Assembly (NCBI GenBank): GCA_963662405.2
Contig: CAXXKT010000001.1
Coordinates: 2,080,001-2,144,000 of the forward strand
DNA length: 64,000 bases
Direction of reading: 5' to 3'
From: Syntrophales bacterium
GTDB lineage: Bacteria > Desulfobacterota > Syntrophia > Syntrophales > UBA2210
The position numbers and the translations under genes were made by a program. Shown here in pieces: positions 49,530 to 60,858 of this stretch; positions within the stretch are counted from its first letter, which is position 1; the number at the start of each line of letters is the position of its first letter. Below the pieces are notes generated by a model. That model ran no database searches, had not been told where the DNA came from, and was given only the letters and a program-made list of their open reading frames with translations.

Positions 49530-51017
49530 ATGAGCCAACTGGAAACCGAGGTACTAATTATCGGAGGCGGGATAGGTGGTGCTGCCATAGCCAGGGAGCT
49601 GTCCAGGTACAATGTTGACGCGATCCTGGTTGAAAAGGGGGTGGATGTTGGCCAGGGGATTACCAAGTACAGTTCCACCATCATGTGTCAGGGGGCGAAT
49701 GTCCTCGAATTCAGATCGGAGTATCATAACAGCCGGCTGGTCTGGGCCGGTATGCCTATGATGGAGCCGCTCTGCCGGGAGCTCGGTGTTCCGTTTAAAC
49801 GGATCGGGTCGCTGGAAATGGTGGAAAACCAGGCGGGGATGCGTCATCCCGAGAAGATGATGCGACGGTTCAACAAATGGCACGGCACGCATCTGCCGGC
49901 CGACATAGCGCCACTCCAGTTTATCGACAGGGATACCCTTCGAAGCTGGGAGCCCAACGTGAATAAGAAGTACATCGGAGCCGTTTATGATCCGAATATA
50001 GCGATCAACGACCCTGTTCGACTGACCATTGCACTGGTTGATAATGCCAAAAAAAATGGGATCAACGTCCTCATGGAGACCGAGGTACTGGACATATCGG
50101 TGGGAACCGATGACTTTGAGGTGCAGACAAATAACGGCACCATCAAGTGCCGGTATCTCATCAATGCGGCGGGGGAATATGTAAACGACGTTGCGAAAAT
50201 GGCCAACGCCGATGACTTCGCCATGTACCCGGTCAAGAGCTACCAGGCCGTCCTGGATAAGAAGGTGGGCGGATTGGTCAATAGCATGGTCCTGACAACG
50301 GGAAACGGTATGGTCTCCCCGACGATCCACGGCAACCTGTTCTTCGGTATATCACCCGGGACACAGCGGCTGGGGAAGGCGCATGATCACTCCACCGACA
50401 AAAAGCTTGCCGATGCCGCGCTGAGGCACGCCCAGACACTGGTGCCGACCATATCAGAGAAGGACATCATCAATTCCTTTGTCGGGTTCATTGTCTTCCG
50501 CAACTTTGAGGTCGGCTGGCACGAGTGTACGGTCGGCGTATCCCGGTGGGTGCCCCGTTTTATCAATGCCAGCATCGGATTCCCCGGGATCTGTGCCTCA
50601 CCGGCGGTCGCCAAGGAGATGATAGAGATACTCGCCAGCGAGGGATTGACACTGAAAGAGAATTCCCAGTTCGATCCCTATCAGAAAGCGATGCCCGACT
50701 TCAGTGAACTTTCCGATGAGGAAAAGAGTCGGCTCATTGCCGAGGACCCCCGGTACGGGCATGTGGTCTGCCGCTGCGAGACGGTGACCGAAGGTGAGAT
50801 CGTCGAGGCCATCAGGCGGGGGGCCAGGACCTTGGATGGGGTAAAGTTCAGGTGCAGGCCGGGCATGGGACGTTGTCAGGGCGGGTTTTGCGGCCCTCGC
50901 GTGACCAAGATCCTGGCACGGGAACTGGGGATCCCTGAGGAAGAGGTAACAAAAAAGGGCGGAGAATCCCGGAATCTCAAGTACAAAAGCAAGGAACTAC
51001 TGGAGGCGCAAGCATGA
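49530..51017 (+). CDS. FAD-dependent oxidoreductase with BFD-like [2Fe-2S] domain (GlpA/LhgO-like)
   Basis: IIGGGIGG; CRCETV...GMGRCQGGFC. Confidence 0.9.
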   Translation: MSQLETEVLIIGGGIGGAAIARELSRYNVDAILVEKGVDVGQGITKYSSTIMCQGANVLEFRSEYHNSRLVWAGMPMMEPLCRELGVPFKRIGSLEMVENQAGMRHPEKMMRRFNKWHGTHLPADIAPLQFIDRDTLRSWEPNVNKKYIGAVYDPNIAINDPVRLTIALVDNAKKNGINVLMETEVLDISVGTDDFEVQTNNGTIKCRYLINAAGEYVNDVAKMANADDFAMYPVKSYQAVLDKKVGGLVNSMVLTTGNGMVSPTIHGNLFFGISPGTQRLGKAHDHSTDKKLADAALRHAQTLVPTISEKDIINSFVGFIVFRNFEVGWHECTVGVSRWVPRFINASIGFPGICASPAVAKEMIEILASEGLTLKENSQFDPYQKAMPDFSELSDEEKSRLIAEDPRYGHVVCRCETVTEGEIVEAIRRGARTLDGVKFRCRPGMGRCQGGFCGPRVTKILARELGIPEEEVTKKGGESRNLKYKSKELLEAQA

Positions 51018-52273
51018 AGCTGCAAGATATCGATGTAGCCGTGATAGGGGCCGGACCGGCGGGAATGGCCGCCGCGATCAGGGCCAGGGAAGCGGGGGCG
51101 GAGCGTGTTGTTCTGATGGAACGAGCGGAAGAGTTGGGGGGGCTCTTGCATCAGTGTGTGCACAACGGATTTGGCCTGCTCTATTTCAACGAGGATCTCA
51201 CCGGACCGGAATACGGGCATCGCTTTATCGAAAAGGTGATGGACACCGGCGTCACACCGCTCCTGGAAACGATGGTTGTCAGGCTTGGTGAGGACCGGCA
51301 GATCGGCGCGGTCAATACCCGAGAGGGATTTGTCAGCTTCAGGCCCAAGTCGGTCGTGCTGGCCATGGGGTGTCGGGAGCGGAGCCGAGGGGCGCTGAAT
51401 ATCCCCGGATCGAGGCCGGGCGGCGTGCTGACCGCCGGAACCGCCCAGCGGTTTGTTAACGTGGAAGGTTTTATCCCGGGAAAGAAGGTGGTGATTCTGG
51501 GTTCGGGTGATATCGGGATGATCATGGCCCGCCGCATGACCCTGGAGGGGGCTCGGGTGGAAGCAGTGGTCGAGATACTCCCCTACATCGGCGGTTTGAT
51601 CAGAAATGAGGTGCAGTGTATCCATGATTTTGACATACCTTTGTTTCTGAATCACACCGTTACACAGATCCATGGGGAAGAACGGGTCGAGGCCGTGACC
51701 GTGGCTCAGGTGAACGGTAACCGAGAGCCGATTGACGGAACCCGAAGAACCATAGAATGCGACACGCTTCTCCTGTCGGTCGGTCTTATTCCGGAAAACG
51801 AGCTGTCGATCATGGCGGGCGTACAATTAGATCCGGTAACCGGCGGGGCCCGTGTCGATGAGACGAGACAGACGACTATCCCCGGCGTCTTTGCCGGAGG
51901 GAATGTCCTGCATGTCCACGACCTTGTTGATAACGTTTCCTGGGAGAGTGAACTGGCGGGGGAGAGCGCCGCCCGGTTCGCCGTTGAAAAAAAACAGGAG
52001 ACGAGAGGTGGTGTCAGGGTTACGGCGGGGAGAAACATTAGATACGTTGTCCCCCAGACCATTACCGGACAGAAGGATGCTACCCTCTATATGAGGGTTT
52101 CAGAGCCGGAAGAGACGGTCAGGATCCGGATAGGCGACATTATGACCAAAGCGGTGAGAGCGGTTAAGCCCAGCGAGATGCTGAAGATTGAGCTTTCCGC
52201 CGAGAAGCTGAAGACGCTGGGTGAGGGAACACAGGAACTGGTCGTAGACTGTGAAAAGAGGGGAGGGAAATAA
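51014..52273 (+). CDS. FAD/NAD(P)-dependent oxidoreductase
   Basis: GAGPAG, QCVHNGFG, GSGDIG, GNVLHVHDLVD. Confidence 0.9.
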   Translation: MKLQDIDVAVIGAGPAGMAAAIRAREAGAERVVLMERAEELGGLLHQCVHNGFGLLYFNEDLTGPEYGHRFIEKVMDTGVTPLLETMVVRLGEDRQIGAVNTREGFVSFRPKSVVLAMGCRERSRGALNIPGSRPGGVLTAGTAQRFVNVEGFIPGKKVVILGSGDIGMIMARRMTLEGARVEAVVEILPYIGGLIRNEVQCIHDFDIPLFLNHTVTQIHGEERVEAVTVAQVNGNREPIDGTRRTIECDTLLLSVGLIPENELSIMAGVQLDPVTGGARVDETRQTTIPGVFAGGNVLHVHDLVDNVSWESELAGESAARFAVEKKQETRGGVRVTAGRNIRYVVPQTITGQKDATLYMRVSEPEETVRIRIGDIMTKAVRAVKPSEMLKIELSAEKLKTLGEGTQELVVDCEKRGGK

Positions 52274-52274
52274 G

Positions 52275-52643
52275 ATGGCACAGGAGAAGACATTCATCTG
52301 CATCGGTTGTCCCTTGGGGTGTGCGGTCACACTGACCATTGACGATGCCGGTGAAGTGCAGGAATTCGCCGGCAATAAGTGTAAGGAAGGGAAGAAGTAT
52401 GTCCTGGAAGAATATAAAAATCCGGTTCGTGCCCTGACGGCCACTGTTCTGACCGAAGGCAGTACCCAGCCTCTCTTGGCGGTCAGGACCAACAGGCCGA
52501 TCTTGAAGACGAAGCAGCTGCCCGGCATGCAGGTGATAGCCGGAGTGAGGGCGAAGCCTCCCCTGAAGATGGGTGATGTCGTCGTTTCCAATCTGCTCGG
52601 TACGGGTGTCGATGTTGTGGCGAGTGCCGATCTTTTGTCATAG
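52275..52643 (+). CDS. DUF1667-like small Cys protein
   Basis: CIGCPLGC...GNKC..G..Y. Confidence 0.85.
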   Translation: MAQEKTFICIGCPLGCAVTLTIDDAGEVQEFAGNKCKEGKKYVLEEYKNPVRALTATVLTEGSTQPLLAVRTNRPILKTKQLPGMQVIAGVRAKPPLKMGDVVVSNLLGTGVDVVASADLLS

Positions 52644-52779
52644 GTGCGCGGAGAGAATCCGGACCTGCGAAGGATATGCTGATAACAGAGAGGATGTCGG
52701 CACCGGGACCGATGTCCTGAACTGGTAATGATACGGAACACATGTGACAATCCCGATACGATGAGGGGGTAATGATCTC

Positions 52780-53232
52780 ATGGAAGAAGTAACTCTGGAA
52801 ATGGCTGAGAAGATGCTCGAGGCTGCCGAGCGGTGGGCGGCCCTCTCCGGTTTTCCGAGCAGTATCGCGGTCGTTGATAATGCGGGGGCGGTGATTGCCG
52901 TCCATCGGATGGATGGTGCCGGACCGATGACCACCGATATTTCGATCAATAAGGCCTTTTCAGCCGTGTATTCGACTGCGCCTACCCTGATGCTGGCTCG
53001 GATGATCGACCCACGTATGGCAGGTGAAATACCCGGCAGCGGGGGGCTGGGGCTCCTGACTCAGGCGAAGCTTCGCCTAATGTTCATACCCGGCGGCAAT
53101 CCGATCAGGGATGAGGAGATGGGAGTAATCGGTGGCATCGGTTGTAGCGGTGTCCCTGACGGCGTTGGTGAGATAAGCGATACCACCGTTGTGCAGGCCG
53201 GATACGCTGCCATTTACGAAGAACACGATTAG
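52780..53232 (+). CDS. GlcG/HbpS-family heme-binding protein
   Basis: IAVVD, RMDGA, KA, GGIGCSG. Confidence 0.85.
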   Translation: MEEVTLEMAEKMLEAAERWAALSGFPSSIAVVDNAGAVIAVHRMDGAGPMTTDISINKAFSAVYSTAPTLMLARMIDPRMAGEIPGSGGLGLLTQAKLRLMFIPGGNPIRDEEMGVIGGIGCSGVPDGVGEISDTTVVQAGYAAIYEEHD

Positions 53233-53268
53233 CCAAGTGAAAAGCGAGATACCGAGGGGGCCAGTACT

Positions 53269-53682
53269 ATGGTGATGAATATAGCGTTAGCCAAAAAGAT
53301 AATTAAGACCGCGATACGGCAAGCCCGGGAGATGGACAAGCTGTGCAGCGTTGCCGTTGTTGATGACAGGGGATTTCTCGTTGCCCTCCACCGAATGGAT
53401 CATGCCCCGATACCGACCGTTGATATCGCCCGGGATAAGGCATGGACGGCATCCACTTTCAGGATGCCGAGTTCTGATATCGGGCAGTTCGGTGACCCGA
53501 AGGCACCGGGGTTCGGATTCAATACCCAGAACTGGAATGATCGAATCACAACCATCCCCGGCGGGCTGCCGATCACGGATGGCGATCAGGTGATCGGGGG
53601 GGTCGGAGTCAGCGGGGGAACACCCGAAGAGGATGTGGCCGTGTGCCGGGCGGCCCTCGCTACGGCCTTCGCATCGGAGTGA
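53269..53682 (+). CDS. GlcG/HbpS-family heme-binding protein
   Basis: VAVVD, KAWTA, GGLP, GGVGVSGG..EED. Confidence 0.9.
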   Translation: MVMNIALAKKIIKTAIRQAREMDKLCSVAVVDDRGFLVALHRMDHAPIPTVDIARDKAWTASTFRMPSSDIGQFGDPKAPGFGFNTQNWNDRITTIPGGLPITDGDQVIGGVGVSGGTPEEDVAVCRAALATAFASE

Positions 53683-53842
53683 TCAGGGAAACCGATCCCC
53701 CTGATGCCCCTCTTCAATATGAGCATGAATAATGGAGGAGAAAAGGCTTTTCCTTCTCCTTGTGTACCATCTCGCTGCAGAGGGAACGGGATTCATGCGA
53801 TTGGAGGATTTCCGATGGGGGTGGGATTTTTCCTGTCGTACA

Positions 53843-54043
53843 CTAGAGGGGCTCTTTTGAGCCCCTTTTTCCGAATAGATACCGTATCAGTCGTCCGACG
53901 ATGACAAGACCGAAAAAGATCCCGACGCCGATGGCTATCGGTATCGCTATCACGATGCTTACATGGAACAAAAAAATCGTCAGGGGAATAACGATAAGGA
54001 TTAACAAAACGGTCACGAACCCGATTAAAAAATCAATCAACAT
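53843..54043 (-). CDS. Small two-TM membrane protein
   Basis: Hydrophobic 66-aa ORF with GGAGG SD. Confidence 0.65.
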   Translation of the reverse strand: MLIDFLIGFVTVLLILIVIPLTIFLFHVSIVIAIPIAIGVGIFFGLVIVGRLIRYLFGKRGSKEPL

Positions 54044-54136
54044 GAGTTGCCTCCTGAACAAAAGGGTGCCAGGGATTTTTGTCATTGTTGCCAAGGCGCC
54101 CCCCCCCATACTCCTGTAAAAGGGGGGCAGATGGAA

Positions 54137-54532
54137 TCATCGTACCTCGCGTTTTTTCAGCCAACGGTCCAGTTTCTTGAAGGCCTCTTCGACCGCTTCG
54201 AGCATCAGATCAAGTTTGATCGGTTTTGTAAAGAAGTCGTCAAATCCCGCTTCTCTGCACTCCTCGATCTCGAAAAGACCCGCCCAACCTGTTATTGCGT
54301 AAATAATCGCAATAGGGTTCTTGCTGCGTATCTGACGGCACAGTTGTATCCCGTCCATGCCGAAGAGCTTGAGGTCGAAGAACATGACCATGATGTTCTC
54401 ATCATCCAGGATGCTGAGCGCCTCTTCCGCATTTGTCGCCAGTGATACCGTGTAGCCGGCATCAGAAAAAAAATCGCGGAACAGAGTCCGGATGGATGAT
54501 TCATCATCCACAATCAGTATCTGTTTCTTCAT
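54137..54532 (-). CDS. Single-domain response regulator
   Basis: ILIVDDE, FFD, ITG, KP. Confidence 0.9.
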   Translation of the reverse strand: MKKQILIVDDESSIRTLFRDFFSDAGYTVSLATNAEEALSILDDENIMVMFFDLKLFGMDGIQLCRQIRSKNPIAIIYAITGWAGLFEIEECREAGFDDFFTKPIKLDLMLEAVEEAFKKLDRWLKKREVR

Positions 54533-54776
54533 CTTCGAACCTTTCGACCATTGTGGATCATAGACAGCATGTTTTATGCAATAGTTATCTTCAAAAAGCG
54601 CCGCACCATATTTCAAGAGTAAGTCCGACAGCGTGGTTGAGAAGACAACCCCCGGTGAAACTCCTTATGGGGAACGGCATACCTCCCTTCGCTGACGGTA
54701 TCTCATAGCAGGACATGGAAGGGCACCGATGGCGAATGATCTCACGCTGTAATTTCAGCTAGATGCAATACGATTG

Positions 54777-56777
54777 TTATCCATAGGTCTCTCCCGTGGA
54801 AGGATTTGCCTCCTTTCCCATAATCGTTTTAATCTTTTCCGACAGATCCTGCAGGGCATAGGGTTTTTGGATAAAACCGTCCGCTCCCCGATCCAGAATC
54901 TCGTTTGCCTGGGTATCGATATCATACCCGCTCGAGAGAAGAACCTTGACATTCGGATTGAGTTTTTTAAGCCGGTCATACGTCTCTCTTCCGCTCATGC
55001 CCGGCATCACGATATCGAGAAAAACCATATCGATCGAGCCGGTGTCCCTTTTGAAAAGGTCGATCGCATCCACGCCGTTCCGTGCCTTGATTGTGGTATA
55101 CCCCAGTGAACCGAGCAGCTGCGCGCCGACATCCAACACCATCTCTTCGTCATCGATGAGGAGAATCGTTCCGGTACCTCGTTCAGCGGTGCTTTCGCTT
55201 CGTTCAACAATCTCTTCACCCGTACCTTCCGCTGCAGGAAGGTAGAGAAAAAAGGTGGTTCCCTTTCCTTTTTGGGACTCTACGTCGATGTATCCGTCGT
55301 GGTTTTTGATAATACCGTATGCCGAGGACAGCCCAAGCCCCGCGCTTTTGCCGAGCCCTTTGGTCGAAAAGAAGGGATCAAAAATGCAAGACATGGTTTT
55401 CCTGTCCATCCCGGCTCCCGTATCTCGTATTGAGAAGAGAACGTACCGGCCGGGGCGCACGGTAAAGGGCTTAACGCCGATATCACGGTGGCTGATGTTG
55501 GCTGTATGTATGAACAATTCGCCGCCTTCCGGCATGGCCTCGGCGGCATTGATATGGAGATTGAGCAGCACCTGTTCTATCTGGTTCCGATCAGCCCTGG
55601 TCTCCGCGAGATCCCTCGTGAGGTCCTGATGGACAATGATATCTTTGTGTGTCATACTGAAGACCTCGCAGGTTTCCTCTGTCAGTCTGTTCAGGTTGAG
55701 GGCTTTGACCTCATATTTTCCCCCCCGTGCATACCCGAGAAGCTGACCGGTCAGCTTTGCCCCGTTTTGGGCTGCCTGCTTAATGTTTCTGAGATATTTG
55801 GAGCCGGCATGATCAGGGGTGGTCTCCAGGGACATGAGAGAGACGTTTCCCGTGATCGCCATCAGCAGATTATTAAAGTTATGGGCAATACCACCGGCGA
55901 GAGTCCCGATCGCCTCCATCTTCTTCGCCTGCTGGAGTTGGGATTCGAGTTTCTTCTTCTCCGTCGTATCGGTAATGCTGAAGCGGAGCCCGATAAGCTG
56001 CTCATCTCTGTAAATGGGGGCCCCGTCTGTGAGACCGATGATCTCGGAGCCGTCTTTCTTCAGGAGACGGTATTCCTCGGGACCATGCCTTCCCCCTGAT
56101 GAAATCTGTGTGATGCGCCTCAAGGCGATCGCAAGGTCATCGGGGTGGATCAGATCTGTTATGAGCAGTCCGGCATCGAGATCCACCTTAGAATAACCGA
56201 ATGTCTCAAATCCCACCCGGTTGGCGTATGTAATTCGGTTATCCGGATCTACTTCACACACGATGGTCGGCAGGAGGTCAGCCATTTCTCTGAACCGACG
56301 TTCGCTCTGTTTCAATTCCTCTTCTGCCTGTTTCCGTTCGGTGATATCGTACGCAGTGATCTGAACCCCTTTTACGTTTCCTCCTTCATCCTTGACCGGG
56401 TAAACAGTTGATGAGACCCACGTTCTGCCGATGGGAAGGTCAAAAAGATCTTCGAAGGTGGCACCCCGTCCACGATCCATCACCTGGTTGATTCTTTTTA
56501 TGTGAAGATCAAAGGTCCCGGGCAATACCTCGTGCCAGGATTTTCCCGTAAGGTCTCTCTTCGTCCCCCCGAAGATTCTTGCCCCCCGTCTGTTGAGGAG
56601 AAGAAGCTTTCCCTCGGTATCGTAGTAGAATACGGCGGCACCGCTATTTTCAAAGAGCAACCGGTAGCGTTTCTCGCTTTCGCCCAGTGCCTCCTCTGCC
56701 TGCCGACGCTTGGCCGATTCTTTCTCTAATTGATTGACAAGGGTTTCCAGTTCTTCGTAGGTCGGTTTTAGGGTCAT
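54777..56777 (-). CDS. PAS-PAS hybrid sensor histidine kinase
   Basis: AGGIAHNFNN H-box, N/G boxes, C-terminal receiver domain. Confidence 0.93.
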   Translation of the reverse strand: MTLKPTYEELETLVNQLEKESAKRRQAEEALGESEKRYRLLFENSGAAVFYYDTEGKLLLLNRRGARIFGGTKRDLTGKSWHEVLPGTFDLHIKRINQVMDRGRGATFEDLFDLPIGRTWVSSTVYPVKDEGGNVKGVQITAYDITERKQAEEELKQSERRFREMADLLPTIVCEVDPDNRITYANRVGFETFGYSKVDLDAGLLITDLIHPDDLAIALRRITQISSGGRHGPEEYRLLKKDGSEIIGLTDGAPIYRDEQLIGLRFSITDTTEKKKLESQLQQAKKMEAIGTLAGGIAHNFNNLLMAITGNVSLMSLETTPDHAGSKYLRNIKQAAQNGAKLTGQLLGYARGGKYEVKALNLNRLTEETCEVFSMTHKDIIVHQDLTRDLAETRADRNQIEQVLLNLHINAAEAMPEGGELFIHTANISHRDIGVKPFTVRPGRYVLFSIRDTGAGMDRKTMSCIFDPFFSTKGLGKSAGLGLSSAYGIIKNHDGYIDVESQKGKGTTFFLYLPAAEGTGEEIVERSESTAERGTGTILLIDDEEMVLDVGAQLLGSLGYTTIKARNGVDAIDLFKRDTGSIDMVFLDIVMPGMSGRETYDRLKKLNPNVKVLLSSGYDIDTQANEILDRGADGFIQKPYALQDLSEKIKTIMGKEANPSTGETYG

Positions 56778-57695
56778 GACGCAGAAATCCCTCCGGCACT
56801 GTAGGCCTTTTCTTGAATCATGTTTTCTTGATCAGTATCGAGCATTGTCTCATCCTCTGCAAAACGGACCGGGTATACCTCACTCAACGCACCGTGCTAT
56901 AACAATTGCCGAGGACAAAATCTGTTTTTCTCCGGATTCTACATAATGCTCTGGATCTCTGGATGATTGAGGTGCGATCAGGCAGCCTCGGCGTATGCCT
57001 GCGGGGCCATGCGAATCCCCGATAAATGGATGATTTAGCAACGGCCACGCCAAACCGCCATGTCACCGAACACCTGGCCCGCGAGAGTGTTCGGGTAATG
57101 TCTCCATACTTGCAAGCATTCCTCATTGCAAGGGAAAGTAATACAGTCGCAACGGGATTACCCTTAATTCGATTACCGATTATACTGAAGGTTACGCTTC
57201 GTATAAGAAGAAAAAAATGAAAAATCAAGGAAAATATCAGGAGCTCTAGCCTTCTTCGCGAGTGCTAACGCCCATTTCACTCATGGTAATTCACGAGGGG
57301 GGGTGTCGTGTGGCCTGTGTCCGGATAGCTCATCTGCTTCCCGGAGTCTGAGTCCGGATTGGTTCCGAGTACGGAACCGTATGGTTCTCCTTGGCGTTGG
57401 CGATCAGATCAGACGGACCGGAGAGGACCCCTTCGCCTTATCGGAACTGGCGATGTCTTCATCCTGAAAACGAGGGGGGAACGGTTTCCCGATACCATTG
57501 CATCGGTATTCCGTGCCACCTGTCGTGGGGAGTTAGCCTTGTGCACCCAGGGGCTCTCTCGAACTCGTTGCGGGCTCAGGTGCCGCCCTTTGTTACCGTA
57601 TGGCAGGCAGCACCCCTCCTCGCCGGTTACAATGGACACATTTGCAAAGAGCCATAAAAACAAACCGCTTCCCGCGGAAAAACGGCTGATGGCAC

Positions 57696-57787
57696 GGTAC
57701 CTTGCAACCCCGCTGTCGTATCTGCTCATGCAGACGTAAACCGGTGGTTTTGCGTCCCAACCTTTCGGAAGGTTTGCCCTTCGGTAA
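57696..57787 (-). ncRNA. c-di-GMP-I (GEMM) riboswitch
   Basis: Minus strand AGGGCAAACC-TTCCGAAAGGTT-GGGACGCAAAACCACCGG...GACAGCGGGGTTGC; terminator-like hairpin follows (about 57655-57690). Confidence 0.88.
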
Positions 57788-57811
57788 CAAAAATCTCTTT
57801 CTTGATATTTT

Positions 57812-57838
57812 CTATCGGTAGTGAGATCTCAAACTTTA
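57812..57838 (-). promoter_or_regulatory. sigma28 (FliA)-type promoter
   Basis: TAAA-N15-ACCGATAG directly upstream of the riboswitch. Confidence 0.7.
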
Positions 57839-58087
57839 AGAAAAAATCCGATAGAATGACGATGCATTGTTCCCCCGGATCGTTGGGAAAGCGAACCCGA
57901 ACGTGAGATACGGTAAGGTCAGCTAGGTAAGATCGAGGGTCTCCCGGATTCCATGAATTCTGGAGATCCCATATCGGGGAGTTGACGGGATGTCCATGGC
58001 GAATGACATCCCGTCAACGATATGTCCGACAGGAACCGAGAATATGAGCACCGAACACCTCACAACGTTCCTGCGTGATAGATACAC

Positions 58088-59566
58088 CTACGAGGCCGTG
58101 TGTTCGGGAATCATATTCCAATCGTTGGATTGCTCAGCTATTCGACTGTTCGCCGGATTTTTACCAAGACGAACGCCACGCTTTTCCTTCTCTCTTATGG
58201 TGCCGCTGAAGTCATGCTGATTCCCACCGATAGTGACACCCTTCCCATGGGTGCCGCCGACGAGGGCGATCAGTTCGACCACCATTTTTTTCATACTGGT
58301 TGCCTGCGCTTTCATTTCATTGGAGGTGCCGGCCGACTCCTCCGCATTCGCGGCATTCTGCTGTACTCCCTTCTCCATCTCCGCCATGCCTTTGTTGATT
58401 TCTTCGATCCCTTGGGCTTGTTCATTCGATGCCTGAGAAATTTCACTGATCAGGCAGCCCACTTTCTCCGAAGAATCGGCGACGGCCTTGAATCCGGCCT
58501 TGCTTCTGTCCACCAGTTCCGTTCCTTCCTTGATCCGCTTTATCGTGTCTTCCACGAGGTCTTGAGTGCTCTTTGCCGCTCCCGCGGCCCTCATGGCAAG
58601 GTTGCGTACCTCGTCGGCAACCACGGCAAATCCGGCTCCGGCCTCTCCCGCACGGGCCGCTTCAACGGCGGCGTTCAGGGCCAGGAGGTTTGTCTGGAAG
58701 GCGATCTCATCGATGGACTTGACAATTTTACTGATCTCCTGACCGGCATCGGAAATCTTTGACATGGCCTTCTCCATCTTGTCCATGTCTTCCCCGGCGG
58801 TATCCACGGATTGGTTTCCCTCCTTCATCAGGGCATCGGCTTGCTCCGCATTATCGGCGGTGGCCTTGGTCATGGAGGACATCTCCTCCAGGGAAGAGGC
58901 TATTTCCTCGAGATTGGCAGCCTGTTCGGATGACGCTTCGGCCAGGAGCTGGCCTGTCGCCGACATCTCGTTTGATGCAGAGGCGACCTGATCTGCTGAC
59001 GCGTCCAACCGATTGCTGAGAAGGTCGATCGGTTTGATTGCCAGTTGTTTGATCAGGAGGATCAAGGCAATTACGATAATAAGGTTGAGAGCCACGGCAC
59101 CCAGGATCAGCTTGATAATGAAAGTCGTCAGGGCCGCCTCCATATACTTCTTTGTCATAAAGACCTCGACCGAACCGAGCGGTGTTTCTTCTCGGGCAAG
59201 ATCAACCTTTTTCGTCACAAGGCCACTGGATGGGATCCCGTCCAGCTCGACGATTTTCCCGGAACCGTCGCGTTGCCTGCCGTGAGTCACTTTTCCCCCG
59301 TCGGCGTCGTTGATCACGATGGCAAAGATGCGTTTGTCTTCCATCTCCGATGCGAGCATCTCATAAATGAGTGCGTCGTTCATATTCCACAGCGGCTCGA
59401 TCAGGTTGATCGACAGACGGCTGATGGCCATCTTTGCCGAGCCTTCGAGCTCACCGAGCAGTGACGATTTGGTCTGCAGGTACCCGTACAGGCCAAAGAG
59501 GATCACAACGAGTGTGGTCACCGCAATTACGCCCATACTGACCCGTTTTGTCAGATTTCCGTGCAT
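58088..59566 (-). CDS. Methyl-accepting chemotaxis protein
   Basis: Two TM helices; [34 protein letters not shown]. Confidence 0.95.
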   Translation of the reverse strand: MHGNLTKRVSMGVIAVTTLVVILFGLYGYLQTKSSLLGELEGSAKMAISRLSINLIEPLWNMNDALIYEMLASEMEDKRIFAIVINDADGGKVTHGRQRDGSGKIVELDGIPSSGLVTKKVDLAREETPLGSVEVFMTKKYMEAALTTFIIKLILGAVALNLIIVIALILLIKQLAIKPIDLLSNRLDASADQVASASNEMSATGQLLAEASSEQAANLEEIASSLEEMSSMTKATADNAEQADALMKEGNQSVDTAGEDMDKMEKAMSKISDAGQEISKIVKSIDEIAFQTNLLALNAAVEAARAGEAGAGFAVVADEVRNLAMRAAGAAKSTQDLVEDTIKRIKEGTELVDRSKAGFKAVADSSEKVGCLISEISQASNEQAQGIEEINKGMAEMEKGVQQNAANAEESAGTSNEMKAQATSMKKMVVELIALVGGTHGKGVTIGGNQHDFSGTIREKEKRGVRLGKNPANSRIAEQSNDWNMIPEHTAS

Positions 59567-59667
59567 ATCACCGTACCTCCCCCATCGATTCTTTAAACAT
59601 TATTGAAAACTTTTTGTGGCCGCGCCCCATGAGAGTTGCCGGGCGCGGCCTGTTGTTTCTTTTCTGT

Positions 59668-60411
59668 TTATTTGTCCGGTTTGGGAGCTGGAACGCCGAC
59701 CACCTTCTCGTAGGTTCCGTCATCCATCCTTGCCTTCATCGTGGCGGCTATCTTGTCCGCCAATGCCGCATGCTTCTTGTTTAGCCACGTGTAGAGGTTC
59801 ACCAGGAGCAGGGGCTTTTTTACCATGGTGATCTTGTCCTCGATCCCCAGATTCTTCATGTGATAGAAGGCACGTGATTTGTCGGATACGACAACGTCAG
59901 CACGTCCGGCGGCCAGCATCTTGAATGCCTGCTCATAGGATGCTACCATCGTAATTTTATCCTTCGGTATTAAGGGCATAATAACCTTTTCCATAATGGT
60001 TTCCCCCCTGAGAAGGATGACCTGGTGTGACGAGAGACTCTTCAATCCGTCGATCTGAATGGTCGGATTGTTGGAAAATGCGTACAGGGGATAGTACGAT
60101 GTCGGACAATCTACCCTAACCAGATTCGGATATTTAGCTTGGTCTATCTCGCTCTGTCGAAGGAAATCTCCGTCTGTTTGCCCCGTGTTGGCAGCCTCAA
60201 GCGAGCGAAGCGCAGGCATTGTCTTGACAGTGAGATCATAACCGTGTGTCTTGAAGACTTCTTCCAGAAAGGCGACGCGAACCTTCACCAGGGGAGTATC
60301 GGTGTTTGCAATGGTTCCCAGAACGAACTCCTTGGCGATGACGGGTGAACTGAACAGAACGAGACACGAAACAACAAACAGGATTGCCACTACAGTAATA
60401 CGTTTTTTCAT
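59668..60411 (-). CDS. Periplasmic substrate-binding protein (family 3-like)
   Basis: Signal peptide; MLAAGRAD, DGTYEK. Confidence 0.85.
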   Translation of the reverse strand: MKKRITVVAILFVVSCLVLFSSPVIAKEFVLGTIANTDTPLVKVRVAFLEEVFKTHGYDLTVKTMPALRSLEAANTGQTDGDFLRQSEIDQAKYPNLVRVDCPTSYYPLYAFSNNPTIQIDGLKSLSSHQVILLRGETIMEKVIMPLIPKDKITMVASYEQAFKMLAAGRADVVVSDKSRAFYHMKNLGIEDKITMVKKPLLLVNLYTWLNKKHAALADKIAATMKARMDDGTYEKVVGVPAPKPDK

Positions 60412-60442
60412 CGAAACCCTCCTAAGCTGATTTTGACCCTCA

Positions 60443-60476
60443 TTTCGGACGTTGCATTGGTTTTCTTTAGTGCATA
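60443..60476 (-). promoter_or_regulatory. sigma28-like promoter, identical 34-bp block copy 1
   Basis: Minus strand TAAAGAAAACCAATGCAACGTCCGAAA; exact copy at 63441-63474. Confidence 0.6.
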
Positions 60477-60858
60477 ATTTTGAGTGTGATATGTTTTATG
60501 AAGATATTTAATTATACAACTGAATGCTCAATTTCAGTTGCGTCATACGGATGTCGCCACCGGGACGTAGAATCCTCCGCTCGGTTCCTTCCTATCGAAC
60601 CGGACAGAGAGGGGGCGGTGTTTCCCTGGTGTGTACCCGATCTGTGTGGCCGGACCATCAACAATCAGGTAGACAAGGCCGATCAGTGGTATGGAGGCGA
60701 TCAACTACGGTCAGATCACGTCTGTTTCTCGGACCCCCGCGGAAAAAGGAAAAGTATTCTGTGGAGTACGGATACGGACTCGAGATAAAACAAAGGTACG
60801 GTCGAGGCATACGAGAAGCGGTGCCTCCGCTCCCCGCATGCCTCTTTTCGTTAATCTG

